The notes beneath the pieces were generated by a model that saw only the letters and a program-made list of their open reading frames with translations, had not been told where the DNA came from and did no database searches. A DNA stretch of 64,000 nt, from assembly GCA_002419365.1 (NCBI GenBank), contig DIGA01000095.1:17636-81635 (forward strand). Reading direction: 5' to 3'. The stretch comes from Mageeibacillus sp. UBA5734. Lineage in GTDB: Bacteria; Bacillota; Clostridia; Saccharofermentanales; UBA5734. Within the stretch, counting starts at the first letter, position 1. The number at the start of each line of letters is the position of its first letter. Shown here piece by piece: positions 47,852 through 56,737 of the stretch. The position numbers were made by a program, and so were the translations under genes.

Positions 47852-47931
47852 CCTTCATCCTCCTTCGGTTATCAGTTTGAACAGAACCAGAAATAACTGG
47901 TTGATTGATCCCAGTTTCTTTTCGTAAATTG

Positions 47932-47992
47932 ATTCTATTAAAATTGCCCTGACAAGAGAAGAACAAAAATTGTACCCGCGGGTGCAAAGATT
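47932..47992 (-). promoter_or_regulatory. Promoter of the PRD regulator gene with the same upstream operator (autoregulation candidate)
   Basis: The minus strand reads AATCTTTGCACCCGCGGGTACAATTTTTGTTCTTCTCTTG-N15-TAGAAT. The core TGCACCCGCGGGTACA is a near-palindrome. Confidence 0.6.
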
Positions 47993-48034
47993 GGACAGGG
48001 ATGGTTCAATCTGGCGACTGGTCCATTATTCCGA

Positions 48035-48133
48035 TCATGGATTCGCCGATGGTTTGCCAAAGAAATAGCCTTGCATCAGGTCCACTCCTGCATGCTTCAG
48101 GTAGTCCCGTTCATTCAGCGCACTCCTTTGCTC
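48035..48133 (-). pseudogene. Orphan 3-prime fragment (32 codons) of an EAL-domain (c-di-GMP phosphodiesterase) gene
   Basis: My minus-strand translation is EQRSALNERDYLKHAGVDLMQGYFFGKPSANP-stop. G(V/C)D..QGYxFxxP is the conserved C-terminal EAL motif. A stop lies immediately upstream and the gltS-like stop is 22 nt further up. Confidence 0.55.
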
Positions 48134-48155
48134 TCAGATATAAAACAATAGTATT

Positions 48156-49556
48156 CTATGCCGGCCGTTTTCCAGGCGTCAATTTCCTGAGCAATAACAC
48201 ATTCAAGATGATCGCGTAAGCTGCTGCCAGGCCCAGGGTCAGGTACAGCATGGCATTGGACTGGGGAGCCAGGCCAACCATCAGGAGGATCGGGAATCCA
48301 AGCAGAATCGCCACGGAGCTGCCGATGACGAGGTTGTTGGCGGCGGGGGTCTGGAACGTGGGATCGACTTCGCGCAGCAGGAGAATGCCGGTGCTCACTG
48401 TGCCAGTCATCATGCCGTACATGGAGAGCATGCCGGCTACGGAGTAGTCCGGATAGAGGCGCCTGGCCATAGCTACGTTGTAGAACAAGGTCAGGAAGCC
48501 ACCCAGGGTGGACATCAGGATGAAGGGAATCCAGAGGCCCTGTAAGTCGTCGATCTGGATCGAGATGATCGAGGCAGTGATCATCAGGTCAAAAGCAAAG
48601 CCAGAGATCCGGTTGAGCAGATAGGTGTTGGGATATTGCCGGGTCATCCAGCCCATGTGGCGCAAGCGCTGCAAACTACCGCGAATACCCAGGGCCAGGG
48701 ACGAACCGATCAGGAAATTGAACCCCCAGATCAGAGGGGAGACCGTCTTTTTGGCGCCGGCCAGAGCTGGCGCAAGGTCAAACAGGCTGACCACACCGAG
48801 GGATACCAGGAAGGTCAGCAGATAGATGCTCATGACCAGGGCGATCTGGATGGTCAGGCGGTCGATGGCCTCCGTGAGAGGGATTTCGCCTGGATCTTCG
48901 AAGCTTTCGCCGGTTTGTACATCCGGACTGGCACTGGCCTGGGCAGGCAATTGATTCCGCCGTTGCAAAATATTGAGGTAGATGATCCCGCCGATCGAGG
49001 CCCAGAGAAATCCGGCCGTCGCGATCGCCAGGCCAAAGGACTGGCCGCCGGCAAAGCCCCATACATTCTCGTAGACCGAGCCGATGTTGTTGGCCTGGCC
49101 GGGCCCCTGGCCGTAGCCCATCGGCAGCAGCAAACCAGCCGACTGGAACGTGTCCGGCAGGAATGTATTGGCCAGGACAATCATGATCACAAGACCCAGG
49201 ACGCCCTGGATCAGGTAATTCGAGACGATCAGCATGCCTGTTTTGGTGCCATCATGCGATTGACCCGCACGGCTTTTGGTGTCTGTGCGACGAGGCATGC
49301 GCAAGCCAAGGGCGATGAAGCCGATCGCGATCGTGTGGTAGGTCACACCATTGAGAAAGCCCAGGTCAAAGCCTATTAGCCCCGTCTGGACAAGCACCAG
49401 ACCCAGAAAGCCGGCAATGACGGAGGTTGGCAACAATGCTTTGCGGAAAAAGCTGATCTTGCGCCGAGCCAGGTTACCAACCAGAAGGATGAGGCAGATC
49501 CAGCCAAACTGGATGATGCCGTCCCAGATGGCAGGATTGTCAGCAGAAAAATCCAT
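48156..49556 (-). CDS. gltS: Sodium/glutamate symporter (GltS/ESS) family transporter
   Basis: 466 aa, polytopic, with a GltS-like N-terminus (LILLVGNLARRKISFFRKALLPTSVIAGFLGL). The substrate is not certain. Confidence 0.6.
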   Translation of the reverse strand: MDFSADNPAIWDGIIQFGWICLILLVGNLARRKISFFRKALLPTSVIAGFLGLVLVQTGLIGFDLGFLNGVTYHTIAIGFIALGLRMPRRTDTKSRAGQSHDGTKTGMLIVSNYLIQGVLGLVIMIVLANTFLPDTFQSAGLLLPMGYGQGPGQANNIGSVYENVWGFAGGQSFGLAIATAGFLWASIGGIIYLNILQRRNQLPAQASASPDVQTGESFEDPGEIPLTEAIDRLTIQIALVMSIYLLTFLVSLGVVSLFDLAPALAGAKKTVSPLIWGFNFLIGSSLALGIRGSLQRLRHMGWMTRQYPNTYLLNRISGFAFDLMITASIISIQIDDLQGLWIPFILMSTLGGFLTLFYNVAMARRLYPDYSVAGMLSMYGMMTGTVSTGILLLREVDPTFQTPAANNLVIGSSVAILLGFPILLMVGLAPQSNAMLYLTLGLAAAYAIILNVLLLRKLTPGKRPA

Positions 49557-49559
49557 AAG

Positions 49560-50930
49560 CTACCTCGCAAGGTTTGTTGTGGGATCTATCGAATGGTTCT
49601 GAAGGATCCGTGGTTTGAGCAGGTCAACCAGAACTCTGTAACGGTAGGCTGAGCGGGGATGATCGGCATGGACTTCGTAGACCAGGTTCGTCCGGGCATC
49701 CTGGAACTGCAGTGTCTGAGGACCGTGAACCGCGATGAATCGGATCTGTTCGAGCGGAAATTCCAGAGCGGTATGGTCGGCAGGCTGGACAGGCTGGGTT
49801 GGTTGACTGGGCTGGGCTGGCCGGTCGGGCCGGAAAACGAGGCGGTCCGAATAGAGGGCCAGCTGGCCGTGCAGCGCCTTTTCGGCGTGGCTTGCCCGTT
49901 GCACGACTGACAGCGTTTCACCCTCATCCGTAAAAAAGGGAGTCACCTGGTGCGTCCGGAGGATGTCTGCCTGGGCCAGCCAGCGCTTGAGGTACTCGAG
50001 TTGGAACTGGTCGAAAGCCTTCACATGCGGGAGAGCTGCCAGATGGGTGGAGGCATCGGTGTAGAAATAACCATCTTCGCCATAACGGGTGGTGAATCCA
50101 CAGGTACAGGACAGGCGATCCTCCTTCGAACGCAGGGTGTTCAGCCGATGGCAATCTGGACAGACAAAGAGGACACGCTCAAGGTATTCAGCGAGACGCT
50201 TGCCTTTGAAAAGCTGGACGGGGATGGCGTGGTCATTGAGAGAGTCGCGGTAAGGATCTGCGTCGAGTTCTTGCTGGATGATCTGCAGCAAAGCTTCCGG
50301 TGTCATCGCCTTGATCTCATCGACACTGAGCGCACGGACAACGCGACCACTCATGGTGCCACGGCGTGTGGTGACACCCCAACGTGGCCGAGTCAGATAA
50401 CCACCCTCAAACCGGAACAACAGGACTGGCAGCTTCAGCGCACGTGCCAGCTTGGCCGTGCCGAGATGAATGGGCATCTCCGGACCGGTGAAGGAGCCAT
50501 TCCCCGAAGGAAACAGGCCAATCGTGCCCCCTTCCCTGCTGATCGCTGCCATCTGGTGGATCGCTTTCAAATCGAGCTGAGCCTTGACAATCGGAATCGG
50601 GGCCGCCAGGCACTGGATCACTTTGCTGGCCAAGCCCCAGCGGAAAATGTGGTCGCTGGCCACGAAATAGATTGGCTGGCGAAAGCTCAGGGCCAGCAAG
50701 ATGGGATCGACAGCTCCGTTGTGGTTGGAAAGGATCAGGTAAGGCTGGTTTGGGTCCTCCTCGCGGTAGCGCTCGCCGTGGTACCTATACGACCAACCAT
50801 AATACAGCCGCAAAATCGGACGCAGCAAAGTCTGGGCGGCTCGATGCTGCCAACGGATCCACGGGCTCGTTTTTTCAACAGATTTTCTCATTTGATAAGA
50901 ATAGCTCTGAATGGGATGCGAGCTCAACAC
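49560..50930 (-). CDS. PlsC-type (lysophospholipid) acyltransferase with a C-terminal extension carrying a 4-Cys zinc-ribbon-like motif
   Basis: The NHNGAVD block is the H(x)4D acyltransferase motif. CPDC-x14-CTC lies in the C-terminal half. The start is uncertain (GTG 50930, TTG 50927 or ATG 50891). Confidence 0.7.
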   Translation of the reverse strand: MLSSHPIQSYSYQMRKSVEKTSPWIRWQHRAAQTLLRPILRLYYGWSYRYHGERYREEDPNQPYLILSNHNGAVDPILLALSFRQPIYFVASDHIFRWGLASKVIQCLAAPIPIVKAQLDLKAIHQMAAISREGGTIGLFPSGNGSFTGPEMPIHLGTAKLARALKLPVLLFRFEGGYLTRPRWGVTTRRGTMSGRVVRALSVDEIKAMTPEALLQIIQQELDADPYRDSLNDHAIPVQLFKGKRLAEYLERVLFVCPDCHRLNTLRSKEDRLSCTCGFTTRYGEDGYFYTDASTHLAALPHVKAFDQFQLEYLKRWLAQADILRTHQVTPFFTDEGETLSVVQRASHAEKALHGQLALYSDRLVFRPDRPAQPSQPTQPVQPADHTALEFPLEQIRFIAVHGPQTLQFQDARTNLVYEVHADHPRSAYRYRVLVDLLKPRILQNHSIDPTTNLAR

Positions 50931-50954
50931 GGGATTGTAAATTTTCTGTGACTC

Positions 50955-51623
50955 CTACTGGTGTCCCGTCACATGGTCAAACACATCCCTGAGATCATCC
51001 ACCACAAAGTCAGCGCCGGCCGCACGGAGTTCTTCGGCTGTGTGGGCGGAAGTGAATCCAATCACCACCATATGGGCTGCATTGCCGGCGATGACGCCGC
51101 TGGTGGAATCTTCGATGACCAGGCAGTCGGACGGACTAACGCCGAGGCGCTCGGCAGCCAGAAGGTAGATATCCGGGAAAGGCTTTTTGCGTTCGAGGTC
51201 ACTGCCGGTGAGCACGGTGTCGAAAGTCTGTGCAGGCAGGCTGAGCACGCTGAGATTCGCCTCGACTTTGATTCTCTCCGAACTGCTGGCCACTGCGATC
51301 CGGTAGCCCCGCGCTTTCAGACTGAGCACGAGGTCCTGGACGCCTGGGAAAGGCCGCACATAGCGCTGCGCCAAATCGATGTATTTGGCATAAATGTGAG
51401 TCCGGATCGTGTTGTCAAAAACCAGGCCGTATTTCTGGGCAACCTGGCCGAAATAGTCCTGTTCGCCCTGCCCGATGTAGGGCAGGAAATCATCGGCCGT
51501 AGCTGGTGCGCCGTAGTCCTGGTAGGCGAGCGCCGAGATCTCAGCCATGGCGGGTTCGGAATCGACGAGTACGCCGTCACAGTCGAAGAGGATGGCAACG
51601 GGGGTAGTTCGTTGAATTGTCAT
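50955..51623 (-). CDS. HAD-IA family phosphatase (beta-phosphoglucomutase-like)
   Basis: ILFDCDGVLVDSE motif I and VIEDSTSGVIAG motif. Confidence 0.8.
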   Translation of the reverse strand: MTIQRTTPVAILFDCDGVLVDSEPAMAEISALAYQDYGAPATADDFLPYIGQGEQDYFGQVAQKYGLVFDNTIRTHIYAKYIDLAQRYVRPFPGVQDLVLSLKARGYRIAVASSSERIKVEANLSVLSLPAQTFDTVLTGSDLERKKPFPDIYLLAAERLGVSPSDCLVIEDSTSGVIAGNAAHMVVIGFTSAHTAEELRAAGADFVVDDLRDVFDHVTGHQ

Positions 51624-51672
51624 AGCGTCCTTTCAAAACGCACGCGTGCGTTGATTGTGCGTTTCCGTGTGT

Positions 51673-52332
51673 TTACAACTGACCGATCAATTCCTCCAGG
51701 CTGCCCACATAGAGATCGGCCACCTCCTGCAAGTGCGCGGCGTGTGGTGCATTCGCAGCATCCTCCACGCCTATGACCCGGAATCCGGCAATTTTGGCGG
51801 TGCAGGCAGCAAAATAAGCGTCCTCAATCACGACGCAGTCGGCTGGCGCGACGCCCAGTTGGCGGGTTATTTCGAGCCAGATCGCGGGTTCATGCTTGCC
51901 AACACCGACATCCTCGAACGTCACCAAGGTATCGATCATGGAGGCCACATCGCGCCGTTGCAGTGCCAGTTCGACGATCGCTCGTTCCGACATCGTGGCA
52001 ATCGCAACTTTTTTGCCGCGCCGTTTCAAGTCAGCCAGCAGCGCGAGGGCTCCCGGCTTGTAGGACAGATCGTTCTGGAAAGCTTCACGTGCTTGCTGCT
52101 CCCAGTTTGCAAAGATATCGTCAACCGTACCGAGGACCGGGTAGTGCAGCGCCTGGTACTCGGCCACTTCGCGCATGGTCATTTCCGGCAGGTGCCGCAG
52201 CAGATCCTCGTCCGGTTCAATGCCGTGCCGGGCCAGCTCGCTCAGGGCCAGACCGTCCCAGAAGGGCATGGAGTCGAGCAAGGTGCCGTCAAAGTCGAAG
52301 ATGATCACGCTGGGATTAAGGAAGATACTCAT
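51673..52332 (-). CDS. HAD-IA family phosphatase
   Basis: Start moved to ATG 52332 behind AGGAGG. Contains IIFDFDGTLLDS motif I and VIEDAYFAACTA. Confidence 0.8.
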   Translation of the reverse strand: MSIFLNPSVIIFDFDGTLLDSMPFWDGLALSELARHGIEPDEDLLRHLPEMTMREVAEYQALHYPVLGTVDDIFANWEQQAREAFQNDLSYKPGALALLADLKRRGKKVAIATMSERAIVELALQRRDVASMIDTLVTFEDVGVGKHEPAIWLEITRQLGVAPADCVVIEDAYFAACTAKIAGFRVIGVEDAANAPHAAHLQEVADLYVGSLEELIGQL

Positions 52333-52464
52333 GGCTCGCCTCCTGTCAAATCCTCGTTCGCATTTTATCACACCTCATCTCATCCAGCCGGAAACAGATC
52401 ATGATACAATCAGAATACTTGTTTGAAAACTTGACACCGAAGTTTTTTCAAAGGACGGTTTTCC

Positions 52465-53313
52465 ATGGGTAAAAACATCCGTATTTTCATTGTCGAAGAT
52501 GAAGATCAATCCAGACTCGGTCTGGTAGACCTGATTGCCAGCCTCGATCCAGAAGCAGTGGTGGTCGGTCAGGCTGCAAACGGCCGGCAAGCGTTGAGTA
52601 GCATTGTCCACCTGCGGCCGGATCTGGTATTTACAGACATCCGTATGCCGATGATGGATGGACTCGCCCTGATCCGAGCTGTCAGGGAGCGAATTTCCGA
52701 TCATCAGATTGATTTTGTCATTACTAGTGCCTTTACCGACTTTTCCTATGCCAAGGCAGCCATGTCCCTGGGCGTCCGGGAGTATCTGGTCAAACCCGTC
52801 GATGCGGAATCGATTGCGGCAATTTTGCGCCACGTGCGGCAAGCCAAGTGCCAGAATGGCACCGTTTCTGTTTCCAGTCCAGTTCACATGGAGAATCCGC
52901 TATCCGGCCATAAGCAGTTCAATCTGGCAAACATGGAGCACTCCCCTGATAAAGGCAGGGAGCTGGAAAGCAAGGATGACTTGCACCCTCTGATCCGCAA
53001 GGCGTTGCCGATCATCGCTGAGCGATATGCCAGCGCACTGAGCCTGGAGGAAATTTCCAACCAGCTGTCGATCACTCCTGAGTACTTCAGCTATTTGTTT
53101 CATCGCAACATGGGGATCAATTTCTCCGGCTACCTGAAAAATTTCCGGGTTGCCATGGCCTGTCAGCTGTTTTGTGATGAACACTATAAAGTCTATGAGG
53201 TGGCGGAAAAAGTCGGCTACGCTGATACCAAGTATTTTTGCCGGGTCTTTCGCGACGTCACCGGACTGACCCCGACCGACTATGTCCGGCGCTACAACTT
53301 GGGCAACAAATAA
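52465..53313 (+). CDS. Response regulator with AraC-type HTH output (YesN-like, short form)
   Basis: IRIFIVEDED receiver, DIRMPMMDG, and a C-terminal AraC HTH (GYADTKYFCRVFRDVTGLTPTDY). Confidence 0.88.
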   Translation: MGKNIRIFIVEDEDQSRLGLVDLIASLDPEAVVVGQAANGRQALSSIVHLRPDLVFTDIRMPMMDGLALIRAVRERISDHQIDFVITSAFTDFSYAKAAMSLGVREYLVKPVDAESIAAILRHVRQAKCQNGTVSVSSPVHMENPLSGHKQFNLANMEHSPDKGRELESKDDLHPLIRKALPIIAERYASALSLEEISNQLSITPEYFSYLFHRNMGINFSGYLKNFRVAMACQLFCDEHYKVYEVAEKVGYADTKYFCRVFRDVTGLTPTDYVRRYNLGNK

Positions 53314-53517
53314 CAACCCGACTGACTCCACCTTGGGCAGGAATTGTGCTTAAAAATGTCCACCATTCTTAAAAAGTGACTCTAAAATAATCCTCCCTTC
53401 TTAATTTTGTGCATTTTGCAAAAAGGCTGGGTCAAATAGAATGGCTACATGATGCATCATAACAATAACCAACCTGACTTTTCCCAGCATGTCCTTAAAT
53501 ATTGAAGGAGGATACTC

Positions 53518-54807
53518 ATGAAACATTTGAGACTTATTGCGCTCCTCGTCACAGTCACGATGCTGACTGTCCTGCTAGCAGCATGCTCTGGAACAGCAAC
53601 AACCGCAGCGCCCGCTGCTAACAGCTCGGAGACGAGTGCCGCGGCCGCGACAACCGCTGCGCCCACCGGCGAAGTGGTCGAGCTCGAACTCTGGCATTAC
53701 TTCTCCGGTCCCGATGGCGATGTGTTTGACAGCATGGTTGAACAATTCAATGCCCAGAACACGGGCATTCACGTGACTTCGACATTTGTCACCCGTGAAG
53801 ACCTGATGAAACAATACACCATGGGTGCTCTTTCGGGCGAACTGCCGGACATCGGCATGGTCGACAACCCGGACATGGCTTCCTTCATCACCATGGGTGT
53901 CTATGAAGACATCACAGCCCAAGTCGAGGCTTGGGGCGAAAAAGACAAATTCTTCGAAGGTCCCTTGAAGAGCTGCACCCAGGATGGCAAGATCTATGGT
54001 CTGCCGCACAACTCCAACTGCCTGGCTCTGTTCTACAACAAGAAAATGCTGGCTGATGCCGGCGTCGCCGTGCCCACCACCTGGGCTGAACTCGAAGCCG
54101 CAGCCGCCAAGCTGTCTGGCAATGGCACCTATGGCCTGTCCATGTCAGCTGTCAAAAATGAAGAAGGCACCTTCCAATTCATCCCCTGGTTCCTGTCTTC
54201 CGGCGGTACGATCGAAGATCTAGGCGGTGCCAACACCGTCAAGGCCCTGTCCTTCCTCGATGGCCTGATTGAAAAAGGCTATATGAGCAAAGACGTCATC
54301 AACTGGACTCAAAGTGATGCCAAATCCCAGTTCGTCGGCGGCAAAGCTGCCATGATGATCAATGGACCCTGGCAGGTCCCGGTTCTGGCTGAAGAAGCAC
54401 CTGACCTCGAATACGGCGTAGCCCTGGTCCCGAAAGACACGACCTATGCTTCTGTTCTCGGCGGCGAAAACTTTGGTGTCTGCACCGGTGCCAATGTCGA
54501 GGCCAGCTTCGAAGTCCTCAAGTTCCTGATGGACGACCAGAATCTCGCTGACTTCTGTGAAAAAGGCGGCAAGTTCCCACCACGCAGCGATTCGATCACC
54601 TACAAGGACGTCTGGACCAAGGATCCTATCTACAGTGTGTTCAGCGAAGGCATGCCGTACGCCATGCCACGTGGTCCGCATCCGCGCTGGCCGGAAATCT
54701 CCAACGCCATGAGCAACGCCATGCACGAGGCATTCACGGATGCCAAGACACCTGAGCAGGCGATGAAAGATGCTGCTGACAAAGTCAACTCGCTTTTGAA
54801 CGCCTGA
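53518..54807 (+). CDS. CUT1 ABC transporter solute-binding lipoprotein
   Basis: LLAACSG lipobox with an Ala/Thr tether, then a family-1 SBP. AGGAGG RBS. Confidence 0.9.
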   Translation: MKHLRLIALLVTVTMLTVLLAACSGTATTAAPAANSSETSAAAATTAAPTGEVVELELWHYFSGPDGDVFDSMVEQFNAQNTGIHVTSTFVTREDLMKQYTMGALSGELPDIGMVDNPDMASFITMGVYEDITAQVEAWGEKDKFFEGPLKSCTQDGKIYGLPHNSNCLALFYNKKMLADAGVAVPTTWAELEAAAAKLSGNGTYGLSMSAVKNEEGTFQFIPWFLSSGGTIEDLGGANTVKALSFLDGLIEKGYMSKDVINWTQSDAKSQFVGGKAAMMINGPWQVPVLAEEAPDLEYGVALVPKDTTYASVLGGENFGVCTGANVEASFEVLKFLMDDQNLADFCEKGGKFPPRSDSITYKDVWTKDPIYSVFSEGMPYAMPRGPHPRWPEISNAMSNAMHEAFTDAKTPEQAMKDAADKVNSLLNA

Positions 54808-54838
54808 TGAACGTTGCGTCTTGATCCACGATCTTGGT

Positions 54839-54869
54839 CCCTCAGGCGGTCCAGCGGGCTGCCTGAGGG
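54839..54869 (+). promoter_or_regulatory. Intercistronic stem-loop after the binding-protein gene
   Basis: ccctcaggc-N13-gcctgaggg forms a perfect 9-bp stem with no U-tract. Confidence 0.4.
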
Positions 54870-54897
54870 TCAAATCCTGACCTGGAGGGAGTACAAC

Positions 54898-55809
54898 GTG
54901 TTTGCGAAAAGCAGTCTCTATAATGAACGCGAGGCCAGGACCGGTTTTCTGTTTGTCATGCCTGCTCTGCTCTTCATGGTGTTCATGATCGGCTATCCTC
55001 TGATCTACAATTTCCAGATGAGCATGAGTAACCTGGATGTCCGCTCCTTCAAAGGCAATACCTCGGAAGTCGTCGGTCTGGAGAATTACATCACCCTGTT
55101 CAAAGACGAAGTTTTTGTGCAGGCGCTGGCGCAGACGTTCACATTCACGATCTGGAACCTGATCATCCAGTTCACGCTTGGTTTTGCCCTGGCCATCTTT
55201 TTCAACAAGAAATTCCATCTGGCTGGTCCGATCCGGGGCATGATCATCATCAGCTGGATGATGCCCATGAGCGTCACCGGCCTTTTGTTCAAGAACATGT
55301 TCGGAACCGAGGACGGTGTCATCAATGACTTGCTCGTCCGGCTGGGCCTGATGGCCCAGAACATGCCCATCGGCTGGATGATCGATGGCAAGTTTGCCCT
55401 CTGGTCGGTCATCGTGGCCAATTGCTGGGTCGGTATCCCGTTCAACATGCTCTTGTTGACGACAGGCATGACCAGCATCCCCGAGGAGGTCTACGAGAGT
55501 GCCGCCATTGACGGAGCCAATTCCTTCCAACGTTTCTGGCACCTGACCGTTCCGCTGCTAAAGCCAGCGATCCTGTCTGTCCTGATGCTGGGATTCATCT
55601 ACACCTTCAAAGTGTTTGACCTGGTTTTCATCATGACTCAGGGCGGACCGCTCAATGCGACGGAAGTCCTGTCGACATTCTCTTACAAGCTATCCTTTAC
55701 CGAATATCGCTTTGGCTTGGGGGCGACGGGTGCTGTCATCTTGTTCCTGAACTTGATGATTGTAGGCATCTTCTACCTGCGCCTGATCCGGCATGAGGAG
55801 GTTGCCTGA
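54898..55809 (+). CDS. CUT1 sugar ABC transporter permease (MalF-like)
   Basis: Start set at GTG 54898 behind GGAGGGAG. The track start at TTG 54814 would run through the hairpin. Contains EAA loop YESAAIDGANSFQRFWHLTVPLL. Confidence 0.88.
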   Translation: MFAKSSLYNEREARTGFLFVMPALLFMVFMIGYPLIYNFQMSMSNLDVRSFKGNTSEVVGLENYITLFKDEVFVQALAQTFTFTIWNLIIQFTLGFALAIFFNKKFHLAGPIRGMIIISWMMPMSVTGLLFKNMFGTEDGVINDLLVRLGLMAQNMPIGWMIDGKFALWSVIVANCWVGIPFNMLLLTTGMTSIPEEVYESAAIDGANSFQRFWHLTVPLLKPAILSVLMLGFIYTFKVFDLVFIMTQGGPLNATEVLSTFSYKLSFTEYRFGLGATGAVILFLNLMIVGIFYLRLIRHEEVA

Positions 55810-56700
55810 ATGAACATGGACTATGTCGATACCTCCTTTGATCGCCCAGCCGTCAAGGTTGTGGCAATCGAATCCGCGAAAACGCGCCGGGTCAAGGTCC
55901 TGATGAATGTCTTTGCCGTCCTGATTGCCTGCCTGTTCCTGTTTCCGTTCTACTGGCTGTTGATCAACTCGTTCAAGACTGAGCTGGAGGTTTTCTCCAA
56001 GGTTACGTACTGGCCACAGCAGTGGACCATCAAGCCCTGGCAGATCCAATTCCAGGACAAGGATTTCTTCCGGTCGCTGCGGAACAGCTTCACCATCGCC
56101 TCCCTGGCCATGACCGTCTCTTTTGTCCTCGGCGTGCCAGCAGCTTACGGTATCGGCCGGTTTGCGGTTCCCGGCAAAAAGGGGATCCTCCTGACCTTCC
56201 TGGTCACCCAGATGATGCCTGCCTCGCTGCTCCTGACCCCTTTGTACCTGACGTTCACCCGGATGCAGCTTTTGAACAGCTATCTGGCGCCGGCCCTGGC
56301 CGTGGCCTCCGGTTCGATCCCATTCATCGTCGTCACACTGCGCCCCTATTTCCTGTCGGTGCCCAAGTCCCTGGACGATGCTGCGCGGATCGATGGCTGC
56401 AATGCGGTGACTTCCTTTTTCCTGATCATGGTCCCGGTCATCCGGACCGGTCTGATCACCATCATCGTCATCAGTTTCCTGCATGGCTGGAATGACCTGA
56501 TCTATTCCATGACCTTCAATGTCAGTGCCGACATGCGTCCTTTGACGGCCAATATTTACAAATTCATGGACAAATACGGCTTGAAATGGAATAACATCAT
56601 GGCATATGGCGTCATTCTGGTCACTCCTGTCACCCTGATGTTTGTATTTCTCCAGAAATACATCATTGGTGGCCTGACATCGGGTGCGGTGAAGGAGTAG
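55810..56700 (+). CDS. CUT1 sugar ABC transporter permease (MalG-like)
   Basis: 296 aa with EAA loop DDAARIDGCNAVTSFFLIMVPV. Confidence 0.9.
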   Translation: MNMDYVDTSFDRPAVKVVAIESAKTRRVKVLMNVFAVLIACLFLFPFYWLLINSFKTELEVFSKVTYWPQQWTIKPWQIQFQDKDFFRSLRNSFTIASLAMTVSFVLGVPAAYGIGRFAVPGKKGILLTFLVTQMMPASLLLTPLYLTFTRMQLLNSYLAPALAVASGSIPFIVVTLRPYFLSVPKSLDDAARIDGCNAVTSFFLIMVPVIRTGLITIIVISFLHGWNDLIYSMTFNVSADMRPLTANIYKFMDKYGLKWNNIMAYGVILVTPVTLMFVFLQKYIIGGLTSGAVKE

Positions 56701-56737
56701 CCGTCCAGCCTGACTCAGGACAAGGAGAGACGAGCGG

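Noticed and set aside
48001-48219. 72-aa + ORF in the spacer upstream of the PRD regulator
   Set aside because: It is antisense to the EAL fragment and the gltS 3-prime end, with no RBS or motifs.
53349-53378. CTTAAAAA(T)G direct repeat (19-nt spacing) upstream of the third ABC operon as a YesN-type binding site
   Set aside because: It is a short AT-rich repeat in an AT-rich spacer. The spacing is not an integral number of helical turns, and there is no second line of support.
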